From NCBI GenBank assembly GCA_964016885.1, contig OZ024743.1:203298001-203362000 (forward strand): a stretch of DNA of 64,000 nt, written 5' to 3'. A model generated the notes under the pieces. It made no database searches. It had not been told where the DNA came from and was given only the letters and a program-made list of their open reading frames with translations. Below, one piece after another: positions 28,919-45,626 of the stretch. The position numbers and the translations under genes were made by a program. This DNA comes from Eledone cirrhosa (taxonomy: Eukaryota). Every line of letters begins with the position of its first letter. Position 1 is the stretch's first letter.

Positions 28919-28972
28919 ATTACTCTAAGCTAGACAAGTATCCATGTTATAGAAATGATTTTCCCTGTAGTG

Positions 28973-29054
<82 letters not shown>

Positions 29055-29551
29055 ATATCTCTCATATTCTTTACATTATCCAGCATTTAGCATCTTTGGA
29101 AATCTTGCTTCAATATAACATATAATTACTTTCAAACTGAAAAGATATTTCTCGTAAAGACTTTTATCATTTTGCAATATAGATAATTTAATTAAATTGG
29201 GTATAGCGGGTTAATAGGCGTGGCGTTGTAACTGATCAACAAGGGAAATTGTATTTATCTGTGTAATAATCACAAATTTAAAAACTCTAGAGAAAGCCAA
29301 TTTAATATTAAAGAAACATTAAAATTGCAATTTTACACGGGTAAATTTTCTTTTATTACGACACTGATACATACAAGCTGACAATAACATCAATCACGAT
29401 CTAACCAAGTATTATTTCAATGCAATATGAATGATATTTATATATCAAAAGCTGAAAATATAATTGGCAAGGAATGTTTGGAAAATATGCAGAAGACATT
29501 TTCAAATGTCTTCTCAAAGAATATAATATCAGAAATACATTTAATTTATGT

Positions 29552-29676
<125 letters not shown>

Positions 29677-29760
29677 TATTTCTCTTTGTATGTGTGGGTG
29701 TGTGTGTGGGTGTGTGTGTGTGTGTGTGAGTGTATTCAGTGTTTCACACACTCACACACA

Positions 29761-29797
<37 letters not shown>

Positions 29798-29799
<2 letters not shown>

Positions 29800-29922
29800 C
29801 GAAACATAAGTCAATTGCATGAACTCATAATCCTTTATTTACTGCTATATATATTTCGACGATGGCCATTGAATGGCTATGACCTCATCAGGCAGTTAGT
29901 CAGTTCTTAGATATGCCAGCTC
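29798..29922 (-). ncRNA. pLTR arm with minimal HHR (29842-29895); inverted partner 34707-34833
   Basis: Minus strand reads ctgc-CTGATGA-ggtcatagccattcaatggccatcgtc-GAAA-tata-TA-tagcag. The partner has CTGATAA. Confidence 0.7.
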
Positions 29923-29929
29923 AAAAGAT

Positions 29930-29979
<50 letters not shown>

Positions 29980-29981
<2 letters not shown>

Positions 29982-31545
29982 ATCTTTTGAGCTGACTTTT
30001 GGGAGGCTCCCATACAGATCGGAGTTTTTCTTCCTCAGTGTATACTGATTAATGTTCAGAGCCATCCTCAGCATTCTCGTGTACCACCATCCACCATCTG
30101 AGTGAGTTTCTTGGTCAGTGTCCAAGTCTCAGACCCGTACAGCAGCAGAGACTCCACCACAGCATTGAATAGGCGGATTTTCAGGTCATTACGAAGGTCT
30201 GATTTTTACACCGATATGAAACTGTGGCACGCCGCCCAGGCTTTGCTCTCCTTCTCAACCACATCATCTTCCGTATTCCCAATCTTTGCTCCCAAATACA
30301 GGAAGTCCTCAACCAATTCTAGCGGCTTCCCGCCTACATTAGTGATCCCTTCTGGCTTCTCAACATTCTCTACCAGATATTTTGTTTTAGTCTCATTCAT
30401 TCTCAGCCCTACACTCATCGACACAGTCTCAACTTCCTGCATCAAGTCCTCTGCCTCCTTCACTGTGTATGTCACCCAAACTATGTTGTCGGTAAATTCA
30501 GCATCCGATATCTGTTTTGCCTTAACTCTCCTGCTCTGAGCCGGTGCTACAGTAAAGCCAGAGTCCTGGTGTTTATCTAGTACAAGGCGCATACAATAGT
30601 CCACTACGATGATAAAAAGATAGGGAGCCAATGTATCTCCCTGGAACACTCCAGCCCGTATCTCAAAGAACTATGTCATCCATCAGGTGAAATAACTTGG
30701 GCTTTTGTGTTGGTATAGAGCAGTGATATCAGGTCCACTGTATTCTTGGGGATTCCATAAGACTGTAAGATCTTCATCAGGCAGTGACGGTCCACAGAAT
30801 CAAAGGCCTTCCTAAAGTCAATGAAAACCATGGCCGCAGGAAGGCACTTTGCTCTAGCTCCCTCTAATATCCTCCTCAGCCACAGGATGTAACTGGTGGT
30901 TGATCTTCCCTCTCTGAAGCCGTTCTGGTTGTCCCTGAGCTTCTTCTCCATCTCAGGCTGGAATCTGTTAAGAATCATCCTGTTGAGGGTCTTTGCCACA
31001 AGTGACGTCAGAGAGATCCCCCTGTAGTTGTTGGTGTTAGGGAGATCTCCCTTCTTTGGCCCTGGGACGATGTTACTGATCCTCCATTGATTCGGGGCAA
31101 TTCTTTTCTCCAGTGCCTGGTTACAGAACCCCAGGATGATATCAAAATCACACATCTTCATCACCTCTGATGCCACTCCATCTTCTCCATGAGCCTTGCC
31201 CTCCTTGATCTTCTTGTTGGCTCTCTGAAGCTCCTCTCTGGTGAAGGGCTCTGTCTCAATATCCAGTTCTTCAAATAGCCACCTGATCTCAAAAGTATCA
31301 CAGAGGAGACTGAGGTTAGCTGGACATGGTCACCGACATCCAGAGTTGACATTGCACTGAGTGGTCCTGTGGGATCCCCTACATGGACACACTTGAAGAG
31401 GAAGACCAAGGTTCACGTATGTTGATGCCCTAAGGACAGACACTGGTCTGTTGGAGACGCAGGACATGGCAGCAATAATGAGCGTCAGAGACCGCTGGAG
31501 AGAACTCGTCCATGGATCTCGGGAACTTTTACCCCCCCCCTAGAA
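29980..31545. mobile_element. RTE-clade LINE with 5' inversion (RT on minus 29980-31287; 3' end on plus 31288-31545)
   Basis: Minus: NYRGISLTS, QNGFREGRST, FIDFRKAFDSV, QGDTLAPYLF, F.YLG. Plus: RRLRLAGH..RHPE...RPRFTYVDAL...DRWRE. Confidence 0.92.
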
Positions 31546-31593
31546 ATATATATATATATTTATGTATATATATATATGATATATATGTATATT

Positions 31594-33990
<2,397 letters not shown>

Positions 33991-34831
33991 CCCACTTTAC
34001 ATATCTTTAAAAATAACAGCCACCTAGTTTTATGTCTGCCTTATACTTGGATTTGGGGGCCTCTGTTGTATATATATATGCACTTGTGCGTACATATATA
34101 TATATACACACCCGTATGGATTTGTGTGTGTAGATGTGTGTGTGTGTCTGAGGGGGTAGGTGTGAGTGTATGTACAAATCAACCAACATAAATCTTTTTA
34201 TTTCTAAACTTTCTAAGTATTTGACTCTAACCATTATTTTCAGTATTACCACCCCACATAAATTCCTCAATTTGTATGTGTGGATGTGTGTGTATGTCTG
34301 TGGGGGTGGGAGTGAGTGTACGTGCAAGTCAACCAACATAAGTCTTTTTATATGTAAATGTTCTAGTATTCTACTCTAACCATAATTTTCAGTCGTACCA
34401 CCCTACATAAATTTCTCAATTTAAGAATGACCTGTAGTATCGAATTTCATACTATAAACCTCAATTGAATATATATCTGACCAGGAATGCTTTTTGTGAA
34501 AATCAGTCATATGGAACTATTGTCATCTTGCCTGACGGTTTGAACTTTACAACACCACCTGCCTCTTTGAGGTCAAATACCAACCCTACTAGCATCTACA
34601 AACTTACCAATGAGAATTAAGATTATTCCTGCTGACAACATTAAATTATTCCTAACAGCAAGCTCATATGTCCCAAGGCTCCGATACCATCAACACCATA
34701 AACATAGAGCTGGCATATCTAAGAACTGACTAACTGCCTGATAAGGTCATAGCCATTCAATGGCTATCATCGAAATATATATAGCAGTAAATAAAGGAGT
34801 ATGAGTTCATGTGCAAGTGACTTATGTTTCG

Positions 34832-34893
<62 letters not shown>

Positions 34894-34902
34894 ACATATG
34901 TA

Positions 34903-34939
<37 letters not shown>

Positions 34940-34945
<6 letters not shown>

Positions 34946-35358
34946 AGATCAAAAGATGGTTAAAGGAGTTCAATATATTTTATTATGCGCATTTCAAAAA
35001 CAAACATCATCAAACAATAATATTTGTGTTTTCATCAGATAAAACAGGAGAACATGATATGAAGGCTAAAAAAACACTTGTTGATAGTGCAGTTTTAAAT
35101 CAACATATGTTGATTTAAAACTGCACTATCAACAAGTGTTTTTTTAGCCTTCATATCATGTTCTCCTGTTTTATCTGATGAAAACACAAATATTATTGTT
35201 TGATGATGTTTGTTTTTGAAATGCGCATAATAAAATATATTGAACTCCTTTAACCATCTTTTGATCTTATATTATGCATACTCCAGTCCCACAAACTGTA
35301 GAGTGCTTCTTATCCGATATCTGCATTGCTTTATTGTACTACAATAAAACTCACCTCC

Positions 35359-35403
<45 letters not shown>

Positions 35404-35793
35404 TTATATATCTATAAACTAAAAAAACTAAAAAAATCAATCTGTGAACAATAATATTTGTGTTTTCATCAGATAAAACAGGAGAACATGATATGAAGGC
35501 TAAAAAAACACTTGTTGATAGTGCAGTTTTAAATCAACATATGTTGATTTAAAACTGCACTATCAACAAGTGTTTTTTTAGCCTTCATATCATGTTCTCC
35601 TGTTTTATCTGATGAAAACACAAATATTATTGTTTGATGATGTTTGTTTTTGAAATGCGCATAATAAAATATATTGAACTCCTTTAACCATCTTTTGATC
35701 TTATATTATGCATACTCCAGTCCCACAAACTGTAGAGTGCTTCTTATCCGATATCTGCATTGCTTTATTGTACTACAATAAAACTCACCTCCT

Positions 35794-35837
<44 letters not shown>

Positions 35838-35890
35838 TTATTTATTTATATATATATAAACTAAAAAAACTAAAAAAATCAATCTGTGAA
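34940..35890. mobile_element. Family C palindromic HHR element with a 434-bp tandem duplication
   Basis: Palindrome centres 35106|35107 and 35540|35541. Intact HHRs (CTGATGA..GAAA-tgcgca-TA) at 35168-35236 (+), 35602-35670 (+) and 34977-35046 (-). Confidence 0.85.
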
Positions 35891-37009
35891 CGCAGAAATA
35901 AATATTTCGAAAAACCTTGCAACCGAAGTAAAACAGGAAGACGATACTTTGGTTCGTGAATACGTTCCCTGGCAATGGACCGAAAAAAGTGAAGATAATA
36001 AATACGTCGGTATGTGGAGCGAGAGAACAATTACACGCAAAGACAAAACCGCGTTTATGGTATAAATGAAGTCGTAGACTAATATTCTAATTTAGGAATC
36101 CGAATGATTCTCGGCTTTGGAGTTAAGAATCATGTAAATAAATTAGTGGAACGAAAATGACAGAGGTTATTAAATTAATAATAATTAAATATATATATAA
36201 ATGCATCCATATACGTACATAAACGTGTAAACGCGAAAACACCCGCCATGCATCCATAAATATGCACGTACACATAAACACGCGCACACATACATAAACC
36301 CAAACAACACATGTACCAGCACACATACAAACATATACACCAAATACACATAAACATATATATATGTGTGTATACATATAATTATATAAACGTATATAAA
36401 TATACACACATAAGTCCGTATATAGCGCAAGCACACACATACCTACAAGTAAATAGACATCTTCACCGAACGAACGTCAATCAAAACACAATGTACACAT
36501 ATACACACCTTACATACGTGCAAACACGCATACACGCATACACACACAAACATGAAATATATCTATACACATATACCAGTATATATAATATAATATATAC
36601 ACCTATAACAAATACAAGCATATATACGTACGAGAAAGTATACGTACCTACACTAAACATTCGGGTAAGATGTACTTACCTATACAAATAAGTAATGGTA
36701 TATAAACTATACTTAGCTACCCCATCAAGACGTAAATTATCCGTGTATTGTACTATCCGTTAGGGTATAATGTGGGGCTGTAATACAGGAAAGTTTTATG
36801 CAATTTCTGCTTATAAGCCGAAATTGCCTCAGATTTTATTATATTATATATATATATATGCAGTACGTACATTTGGACACACTCACACACACCTTGGTGT
36901 TATGACAATATTATACATCATTTCATCTCTTTGATTATTGAACATTCACGTGATTTCTATCGACCAATCAAAATTATAGTGCTTATTCACGTGACATTCA
37001 ACAACCAAC

Positions 37010-37186
37010 CAAATCACGAACGCTCTATCTCAAAATTATTTTTGAAAAGCATTTGAAATGCGCAACCGGTAAAAAACTTAAAACTAACAATGAATACTAA
37101 CCATTACTTATTACTAATTTATACTTATTCCTATTTAAACTATTGTTCACTGGAGAAAATCTGTCAGCATATTCTTTTCCTTTTTA

Positions 37187-37190
<4 letters not shown>
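37010..37190 (+). mobile_element. pLTR-like fragment, family F (as 56775-57362)
   Basis: About 180-bp similarity to 57185-57362; ends at (TA)n. Confidence 0.65.
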
Positions 37191-37281
<91 letters not shown>

Positions 37282-37490
37282 ATATATATATATATGCAAT
37301 CACCATCACCATTGTCATCATCATCGATGTCATAGTTCTATTAATTTTAGATTTTTTTATTCCGTGGTTTTACTTCTGTTCGTTTATAGCAATCAGATGT
37401 ACTTTTACTGCAATCTGTCCCACTTACGTTAAATGTAACCCCCAACATGACACTTATATTGCAAACTGTCACAACTAGAAGCATATATAT

Positions 37491-37603
<113 letters not shown>

Positions 37604-37658
37604 ATATGTATGTATAAAACTCTACCGAAGTAAAATTGTAATGTTCATTTATATATAT

Positions 37659-38650
37659 ACTAGCAGTAAAGCCCGGCGTTGCTCGGGGTCGCTCAGTAGC
37701 TGTGTTAAAGTTACAATGTTAAGTTTCTTTTTTGGCTTAAAGTCTGTCTGCACGACTGTCTGTCTGAACGCCTAACGAAATTTACAGATACATATATTTT
37801 AAATAAACTTATATAATTTTTGCTTTTTTTTACGAAATATTTGCTTGTTTTACGTAGTCTTTAAATAGACTTGTTTTCAAGTAAAAATATTGTTTTTAAA
37901 AGGCTTTTAAATGGAAATGAAGCAAAACGGAAGCTTAGTGTTCGAACTGATGAATTTTGCAGGTCAAAATTTTGCTGGCTCGACAACTGTTCGTGTATTG
38001 TGTTAATGTCATTTTAAACGCTGAGAAAGCCAGCGTAATTTTTTTAATTTTTGCACGCAGAAAATGTAAACAGAACGTTACATATATAAAGGGAAATAAC
38101 TCGTCACTTACGCTCGAAAATTGATACATTAGATTCGATTTCGTCACATAGGGTGGGTCAATTTGAAATATTTTTTTCCGATGTCTTCGCTAGGGCTCAA
38201 TGTACAAGTATAGCAATTTCGGTGGAATTCCGTCAGAGATTCTAAGAGGAGATGTGTGCCAAAAATCGATAGACAGACAGGCAACCACAGGTTTATATAT
38301 ATAGATGTCTTGGCTAGGGTTCAATGTACAAGTATAGCAATTTCGGTGCAATTCCGTCAGAGATTCTAAGAGGAGATGTGTGCCAAAAATCGATAGACAG
38401 ACAGACAACCACAGCTTTATATATATAGAACAAAGGGAAATAACTCGTCACTTACGCTCAAAAATCGATACATTAGATTCGATTTCGTCACATAGGGTGG
38501 TTCAATTTGAAATTTTTTTTTTCCGATGTCTTCGCTAGGGCTCAATGTACAAGTATAGCAATTTTGGTGCAATTCCGTCAGAGATTCTAAGAGGAGATGT
38601 GTGTCAAAAATCGATAGACAGACAGACAACCACAGCTTTATATATATAGA
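37659..38650 (+). mobile_element. Non-autonomous Helentron/DINE-like element with tandemly repeated 3' ends
   Basis: Starts ACTAGC..CCCGGCGTTGCTCGGG (hairpin). (GACA)n plus GCTTTATATATATAGA ends repeated three times (about 38305, 38428, 38650). Confidence 0.7.
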
Positions 38651-38677
38651 TAATAGTATATAACACAATCGGTACAG

Positions 38678-38739
<62 letters not shown>

Positions 38740-38740
<1 letters not shown>

Positions 38741-38935
38741 ATGTAGTTGACAGCTTAGAGAAAAGAGTACTCAATACCAAAGTAGAGGTTAAATTATCAT
38801 TTTATTAAGGCTAAATGGTGAGACTTGTTACTCTGAAGATTTGCCTGCTTCTGGCAGGGTCATCTGACACGACCTTGTCTGATGATAAACAGGCGAAATT
38901 CCAGAGTAACAAGACACACTAATCAGCTTTGATAA
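38740..38935. ncRNA. Head-to-head pair of degenerate type I HHRs (38824-38868 minus, 38874-38913 plus)
   Basis: Plus: cttgt-CTGATGA-taaacaggc-GAAA-ttccagag-TA-acaag. The minus copy keeps stem II cctgc..gcagg but has CAGATGA. Confidence 0.6.
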
Positions 38936-39194
38936 AAATGAATATACATATATATATATATATATACATATATATAGTTACAGACATTTATATACATATA
39001 TAGATACATATACGTACACGCGCGAACACACTCACACAAAAACACACACACACATAAATATATGTATATATACATAAGGAGTGAGAGAGACATATATATA
39101 TGTATATATACATATACATGCATACATAATTATATAATTACATGCATGTTCAATCACACATACAAGCATACATACATATATACATATATACATA

Positions 39195-39796
39195 CATGGT
39201 GGCTGACAACTCGTTTCCGAATACGGCCACTACGTTATATCCATGTAGGAGAATCCCTACCAATGCGCTGAACGAGTGTGACTCTTTAGTCCAGCCAGCG
39301 ACTTGAAAACTCTGGTACAAACACTACACTTGTGACAATTATTGACACATAGTGCTGGGCCCATGGTACCATGTGACGACAAGTGCAGAGAGATCTCCAT
39401 ATATAAAGCAATGCCTGTGCCGTGAAGCTTTTATAGTGAGCAAAGGCACTGCACAAAGCCAGTCCCACTCTCTTAACCAAGATGATATTTACCAAATAGA
39501 AGAACAAGTCAACATCATTGGATACCATCAGAGTTGCAGGTGTTATATCAGAGTTTTCCTTCTAGAATTCTGCCTTGACAAAGGGGTCATCTCTCCCGGT
39601 GATTTTGGATGGCCATTGACTCTTAAGAGCTCCTTTGCCCTTTGACAGGTTTTGTTTTTATTCCTGCAGGATGTCCAAAGTCACCCTCCTCACCAAGAAA
39701 CCTTGATGGGGTTGCCAGTTTAGTCGCCAACGACCGGACCATGAGACAGGTTGTACTGGCATACATGTTACCAGTAGCACCAACTGGTGACCTGAC
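39195..39796 (-). mobile_element. Short non-autonomous RTE-derived element (second copy 42720-43275)
   Basis: Two similar copies with the same 3' end and different 5' ends. The 3' part encodes [22 protein letters not shown] (C2H2 finger as at RTE C-termini); no RT. Confidence 0.65.
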
Positions 39797-39892
39797 ATAC
39801 ATATAAATACATGCATACATACATACATACATACATACATACATACATACATACATACATACATACATACATACATACATACATACATACAT

Positions 39893-41685
39893 TATAATAT
39901 GGGAAAGGGAGAAGAAAGCATGCACAGTAGTGGAAATTAGCTGCCCAGCAGATGCCAATATAATCTCAAAGATTAGTGAAAAGGAGAATATTTATGCAGA
40001 ACTGATGAGAAATCTGCAGATACTCTACCCTGATTACACCTTCAGATTTATGCCTGTGATTATTGGGGCACTGGGGTATGTTAGTAACTGCCTCAATACA
40101 AATCTTGAGAAGCTGGGCTTCACAGGAACAGAAAGAACACAACTAGTTAGGAAATTACAAGTACAATCCATTAATGGAACAGTAAAAATATATAAAACAT
40201 TCCAAAAATGTTGCATCTAATAACTGCATATACACATGTACACATGCAAAGCATATACACATGCGCACATACAACTCAAAACATCCACCTCCACACATAC
40301 AATAACATTGATATCTACACATGCATGCAGACATACATACATATCTACCTAGTTGATGTTGTGTAAATTCCAATGAGAGAGTCTTGTATCTATGTTAGAA
40401 ACCGACTCTCTCTCTATTGGTAAAACTTTGTGAAATTATAAAACCAGAAGAAAATACATACATACATACATACATACATACATACATACATACATACATA
40501 CATACATACATGCATGATTGCATGCATGCATACATACATACATACATACATACATACATACATACATACATACATACATACATACATACATACATACATA
40601 CATACATACATACATACATACATACATAGAACTTCCTACGAAATATCTGCTGCACAAAAGAGGAGGGCCAGCAGCTGACAATAAATGTAGGCTATGGAAA
40701 ACAAAGATCGAGGATGTAAGCCACATTGTTGCCAGCTGCGAAAGAATGTCATCTCGCTACTACCTCCCCATGAGACACGATGGGATACCTAGAACCATCT
40801 GGAACGCCCTTCGGAAAACAAAATTAACAACAAACGAGGAAGAATATATTGAGACAGATGGCACTAAGGAATACTGGTGGAACCTGAAAATAAAAACTGC
40901 CACCAAATTAAAGCACAACCGGCCTGATATTGTTGTTTGGAACCATACATTGAAAACGTGTTCTGTTGTGGAGATCAGCTGCCCACTTGATATAAACGTT
41001 TGTCAGAAAAATATAGGAAAAGGAGGACATCTACAACCATTGATGAGGAGTTTACAAATCCAGTATCCAAGATACACCTTTAGCTTCATACCCATCATTA
41101 TTGGAGCGACGGGTTATATACCAACCCGCTTGGACCAAAGTATGACTGAACTTGGATTTGCGTACAAAAAGCGCAGATCCCTAATTCATAGTCTACAAAT
41201 GGCTGCGATAGCTGGCACTTTCAAAATTTGCAAAACATTCTTGCGATTCAAGGGATGACAATTTCTTTTCTTTTACAACCTTGCCACCAGGAGGGTGGTC
41301 GGTCAAAAAATATACTCGAAATTAAGAGAAAGAGATAACATACATACATACATACATTAGGAAGTTAGGAAATTACAAGTACAATCCATTAATGGAACAG
41401 TAAAAATTGGAAAACATTCCAAAAATGTTGCATCTACTAACTGCATATACGCATGTACAGATGCAAAGCATATACACATGCACACATACAACTCAAAACA
41501 TCCACATTCACACATACAATAACATCCATATCTACACATGCATGCATACATAATCTACCCAGTTGATGTTGTGTAAATTCCAATGCGAGAGTCTTGTGTA
41601 TATGTTAGAAACCGACTCCATCTCTATTGGGAAAAATTTTGTGAAATTATAAAACCAGAAGAACATACATACATACATACATACA
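39893..41685 (+). mobile_element. Three 5'-truncated R4/Dong-like RLE retrotransposons in a (TACA)n array (39893-40455, 40629-41340, 41357-41663)
   Basis: CRL....E...HIVASC, RHD, HNRPDIVVW, VEISCP, IIGA.G motifs. Each copy is bounded by (TACA)n. The first and third share a 3' UTR. Confidence 0.88.
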
Positions 41686-42064
41686 TCCGTGTAAGCTATA
41701 TCACAGGTATGTTGTTTATCATACCTAATATTCTGATCAAGATTGTTTGTGTTCAGAAGTACAAGACAATGGTAACAGATTTATTCAAATTAGGTGTGGG
41801 TGTATGGGTTAGTGTGTGTGTGCGTGTGTGGGTGTGTGTGTGTGTGCATGCGTATGTATATTTGTATATATACATGTAAATATATGTGTGAGAGTGTGTG
41901 TGTGTGTTTCTGTGCCTCTATGCGTGTATACACACACACATATATATATTTATATATTTATATGTGTATTTATATGTATATTTATTTATTTAAATATATG
42001 TATATGAAGTGTGTCTGCGCCTTTGTGTGCCTCTATGTATATATATATATATATATGTATGTTT

Positions 42065-42158
<94 letters not shown>

Positions 42159-42510
42159 ATACGTGTGTATGTGCATACGTGTGGGTGTTCCCAAGTGTGT
42201 GGTGGAAGACTTTCTAACAGCCAGAGGAAAAAGTAAAAATGGATATGTCTGGACATGAGACGTAAAATGAAATGAAATAAAAAATCAGAATAGAATTAAA
42301 TGTAATGAAATGGAATATACGTAGATAAGTTCAGAGTAAACAGGTGAAAATAAGATCAAAAGTAATATTTAGATATAATAAAAGAAATACCAAGATTTTA
42401 TGGCGCATCGATACGAGTGAGGTATGAAATATAAAATAGTAAATTCATAAGTAAACCGAAAACTTCCATTGATTCGGGCGGCTGTTGAGATGCTTTTACA
42501 TTACACATAC

Positions 42511-42632
<122 letters not shown>

Positions 42633-43368
42633 ACATATATGTACATATATGTACATATATTTATATATATATATATATACATATACATATACATATATAT
42701 TTATATACATATATATATATATGGTGGCTGCCAACTCGTTTTCGAGTGCGGCCACTACTTTATATCCATGTAGGAGAACCCCTACCAATGCGCTGAACGA
42801 GTGTGACTTTTTAGTCCAGCCAGCGACTTGAAAACTCTGGTACAAACACTACACTTGTGACAATTATTGACACATGGTGCTGGGCCCATGGTACCATGTG
42901 ACGACAAGTGCAGAGAGATCTCCAGATATAAAGCAATGCCTGTGCTGTGAAGCTTTTATAGTGAGCAAAGGCACTGCACAAAGCCAGTCCCACTCTCTTA
43001 ACCAAGATGATATTTACTCAAAAAGAAGAACAATTCAACATCATTGGATACCATCAGGGTTGCAGGTGTTATATCAGAGTTTTCCTTCTCCTAGAATTCT
43101 GCCTTGACAAAGGCTAAGGGGTCATCTCTCCCGGTGATTTTGGATGGCTATTGACTCTTAAGAGCCCCTTTGCCTTTTGACAGGTTTTGTTTTTAGTCCT
43201 GCAGGATGTCCAAAGCCACCCTCCTCACCAAGAAACCTTGGTGGGGTTGCCAGTTTAGTCGCCAACGACCCGACTGTATGTATATGTATGTATGTATATG
43301 TATATATATATATATATATACATATACATACATACATATACATACATATATATACATATATATACATA

Positions 43369-43480
<112 letters not shown>

Positions 43481-43765
43481 ATACAAACATATATATATAT
43501 ACACTGCGAGGTGGGTGAAGAAAAAGGGAGAATTGCTATATACATATATCATGTATTGTTCTGCGCGAAACTCTTTCGGTAAATAGTTGCTTTTTTTCCT
43601 TATGTATCGGCACCATGGCCGAAACTTTAATTCCTGATCGTATGAAACCACATAGTTCTATTGAAGTTAAGCGAGTGAAGGAGGCTCTAGATGCTGCTAT
43701 TCTTCTGTCCTTTGACTTAGATGTTCATTCCCCTGTCTCCTGTGCCAAGAAATTTGATTATGCAA

Positions 43766-43807
<42 letters not shown>

Positions 43808-44229
43808 GTGTGTGTGTGTGCATATATATATATGTGTGTAATCTAACTGCAAGACATATCCATATCATCCATTAAGAGGACATATATAGCAAGGTATTAG
43901 ACGATTCCTCAAATGAAAATACGGCGAAACGTTTCTAAATTAATTTTCAATCGCCGTCTTGTTCTATACATATATATACTGCCTTGTTCTATATATACTT
44001 CCAATTTGTTGTGTCTACATATGATTTTTTAAGTACTAGGTTTCGATTTTATTTGATTGAAGGAGTCAAATATTAGCGATCCTAGACTGATATGTAAGAC
44101 ATACAAAGAAACACGTGCCAGTGTTATGTAATAAGTTATATTCCCGTTCTTCCGGAATGTGGTGTTTCAAATAATTTTGTAAATCTCCCTCTCTCTCGCT
44201 TTATACATATATATATATATATATATATA

Positions 44230-44435
44230 TAACGAAGGAAATGTGGTAAGGAACCAGGTGGACCATAACGCACCAAAGTACTCAATACTTAGGGTAGTAG
44301 AGTGGGTAATAGGAACGAGTAGGGCCCCGACGGCTGAGCTCAAGCCGTTTCGACGGCTAATTCTGGACTGAAAAAAAAAAGTCCAGAATTAGCCGTCGAA
44401 ACGGCTTGAGCTCAGCCGTCGGGGTCCTACTCGTT

Positions 44436-44440
<5 letters not shown>
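44230..44440. mobile_element. Fold-back element, family B
   Basis: Arms 44309-44369 / 44380-44440 around an A-run; GAAAC-ggcttgagctcagcc-GTC. Confidence 0.75.
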
Positions 44441-44478
<38 letters not shown>

Positions 44479-44479
<1 letters not shown>

Positions 44480-44770
44480 AAACAACATAATATAACTACT
44501 TCATTACGAAAGTTTTCAGGGCCCTAGACAGTATTAACATACGTCAAGTTCGCTCATCAGATAAAATGTTATGAATATATGAAAATATATATATTTTCAT
44601 ATATTCATAATATTTCATCTGTTGAGCGAACTAGACGTATGTTAATATTGTCTAGGGACCTGAAACCTTTCGTAATGGAGTAGTTACATTGTATTGTTTA
44701 ATTTCTAATTAAATAGTTCTGAATTATTCATAGAGCACTCTTTTTTCCTTTGCTTTTTCTTCGGAAATAC
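44479..44770. ncRNA. Palindromic element with two mirrored type I HHRs (44500-44566 minus, 44614-44679 plus)
   Basis: Minus core CTGATGA..GAAA..GTA-atgaa; plus core CTGTTGA..GAAAC-ctttc-GTA. Centre in a TA run at about 44590. Confidence 0.7.
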
Positions 44771-44802
44771 TTAACACACGCATGCGTTCGCACGCGCGCA
44801 CG

Positions 44803-44949
<147 letters not shown>

Positions 44950-45224
44950 TCACTTGAAGAATCTATTACAATGATGTTTGTGATTCTCTTAAATGTAGTT
45001 ATCGAAACAGAAAATTAAAGAAAAATATAGAAAATACAATCTGAATTTAACTCTTCTGTCAACATATTTTTGTATTGAATACATTAGTTCAATTAATTAT
45101 TCAATTAAGAATTTTGATGAATTTACTGATATTAGTATTCATTGCTACGATAGTAATTTACTCTATGGCTCTTATGTAAAATTATGTTGGAAGAATTTAA
45201 TTTCATGAAACCAAAACATATATA

Positions 45225-45591
45225 AAGTGAACCCCCAGATAAACTGTTAAACTAGAAATAGAGTCTATAGCATAAGATGTACAGAGGGTACTTGCAGAAA
45301 CATGACAACGACAGACATAGGTGAGACAGCTCAAAGCATAGGAGGAAGTATAGACCAACACTGGGGGGAATTAAAAGGACAAAAAACGGTTCAGTACTAT
45401 ACGAACACGCCAGACAAAAAATGACGGTAACATAGACAACATAGAAATTAAAATAATATCTAAAAATAGAAATGACCCGACTCAAAGAAGCGAGCGAAAT
45501 AGAGCTTCGCAAGCCAAAGTTAAACAGAAAAGATGAATGGAATAACAACAACAACCATACCCAAACAAACAATACTGACTTACGAGAAATA

Positions 45592-45626
<35 letters not shown>

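Noticed and set aside
34940-35273. Perfect palindrome as a fold-back sequencing chimera
   Set aside because: A diverged copy at 13605-13922 has the same axis and most other palindromes have mismatched arms, so the class is genomic. The tandem duplication itself remains unverified.
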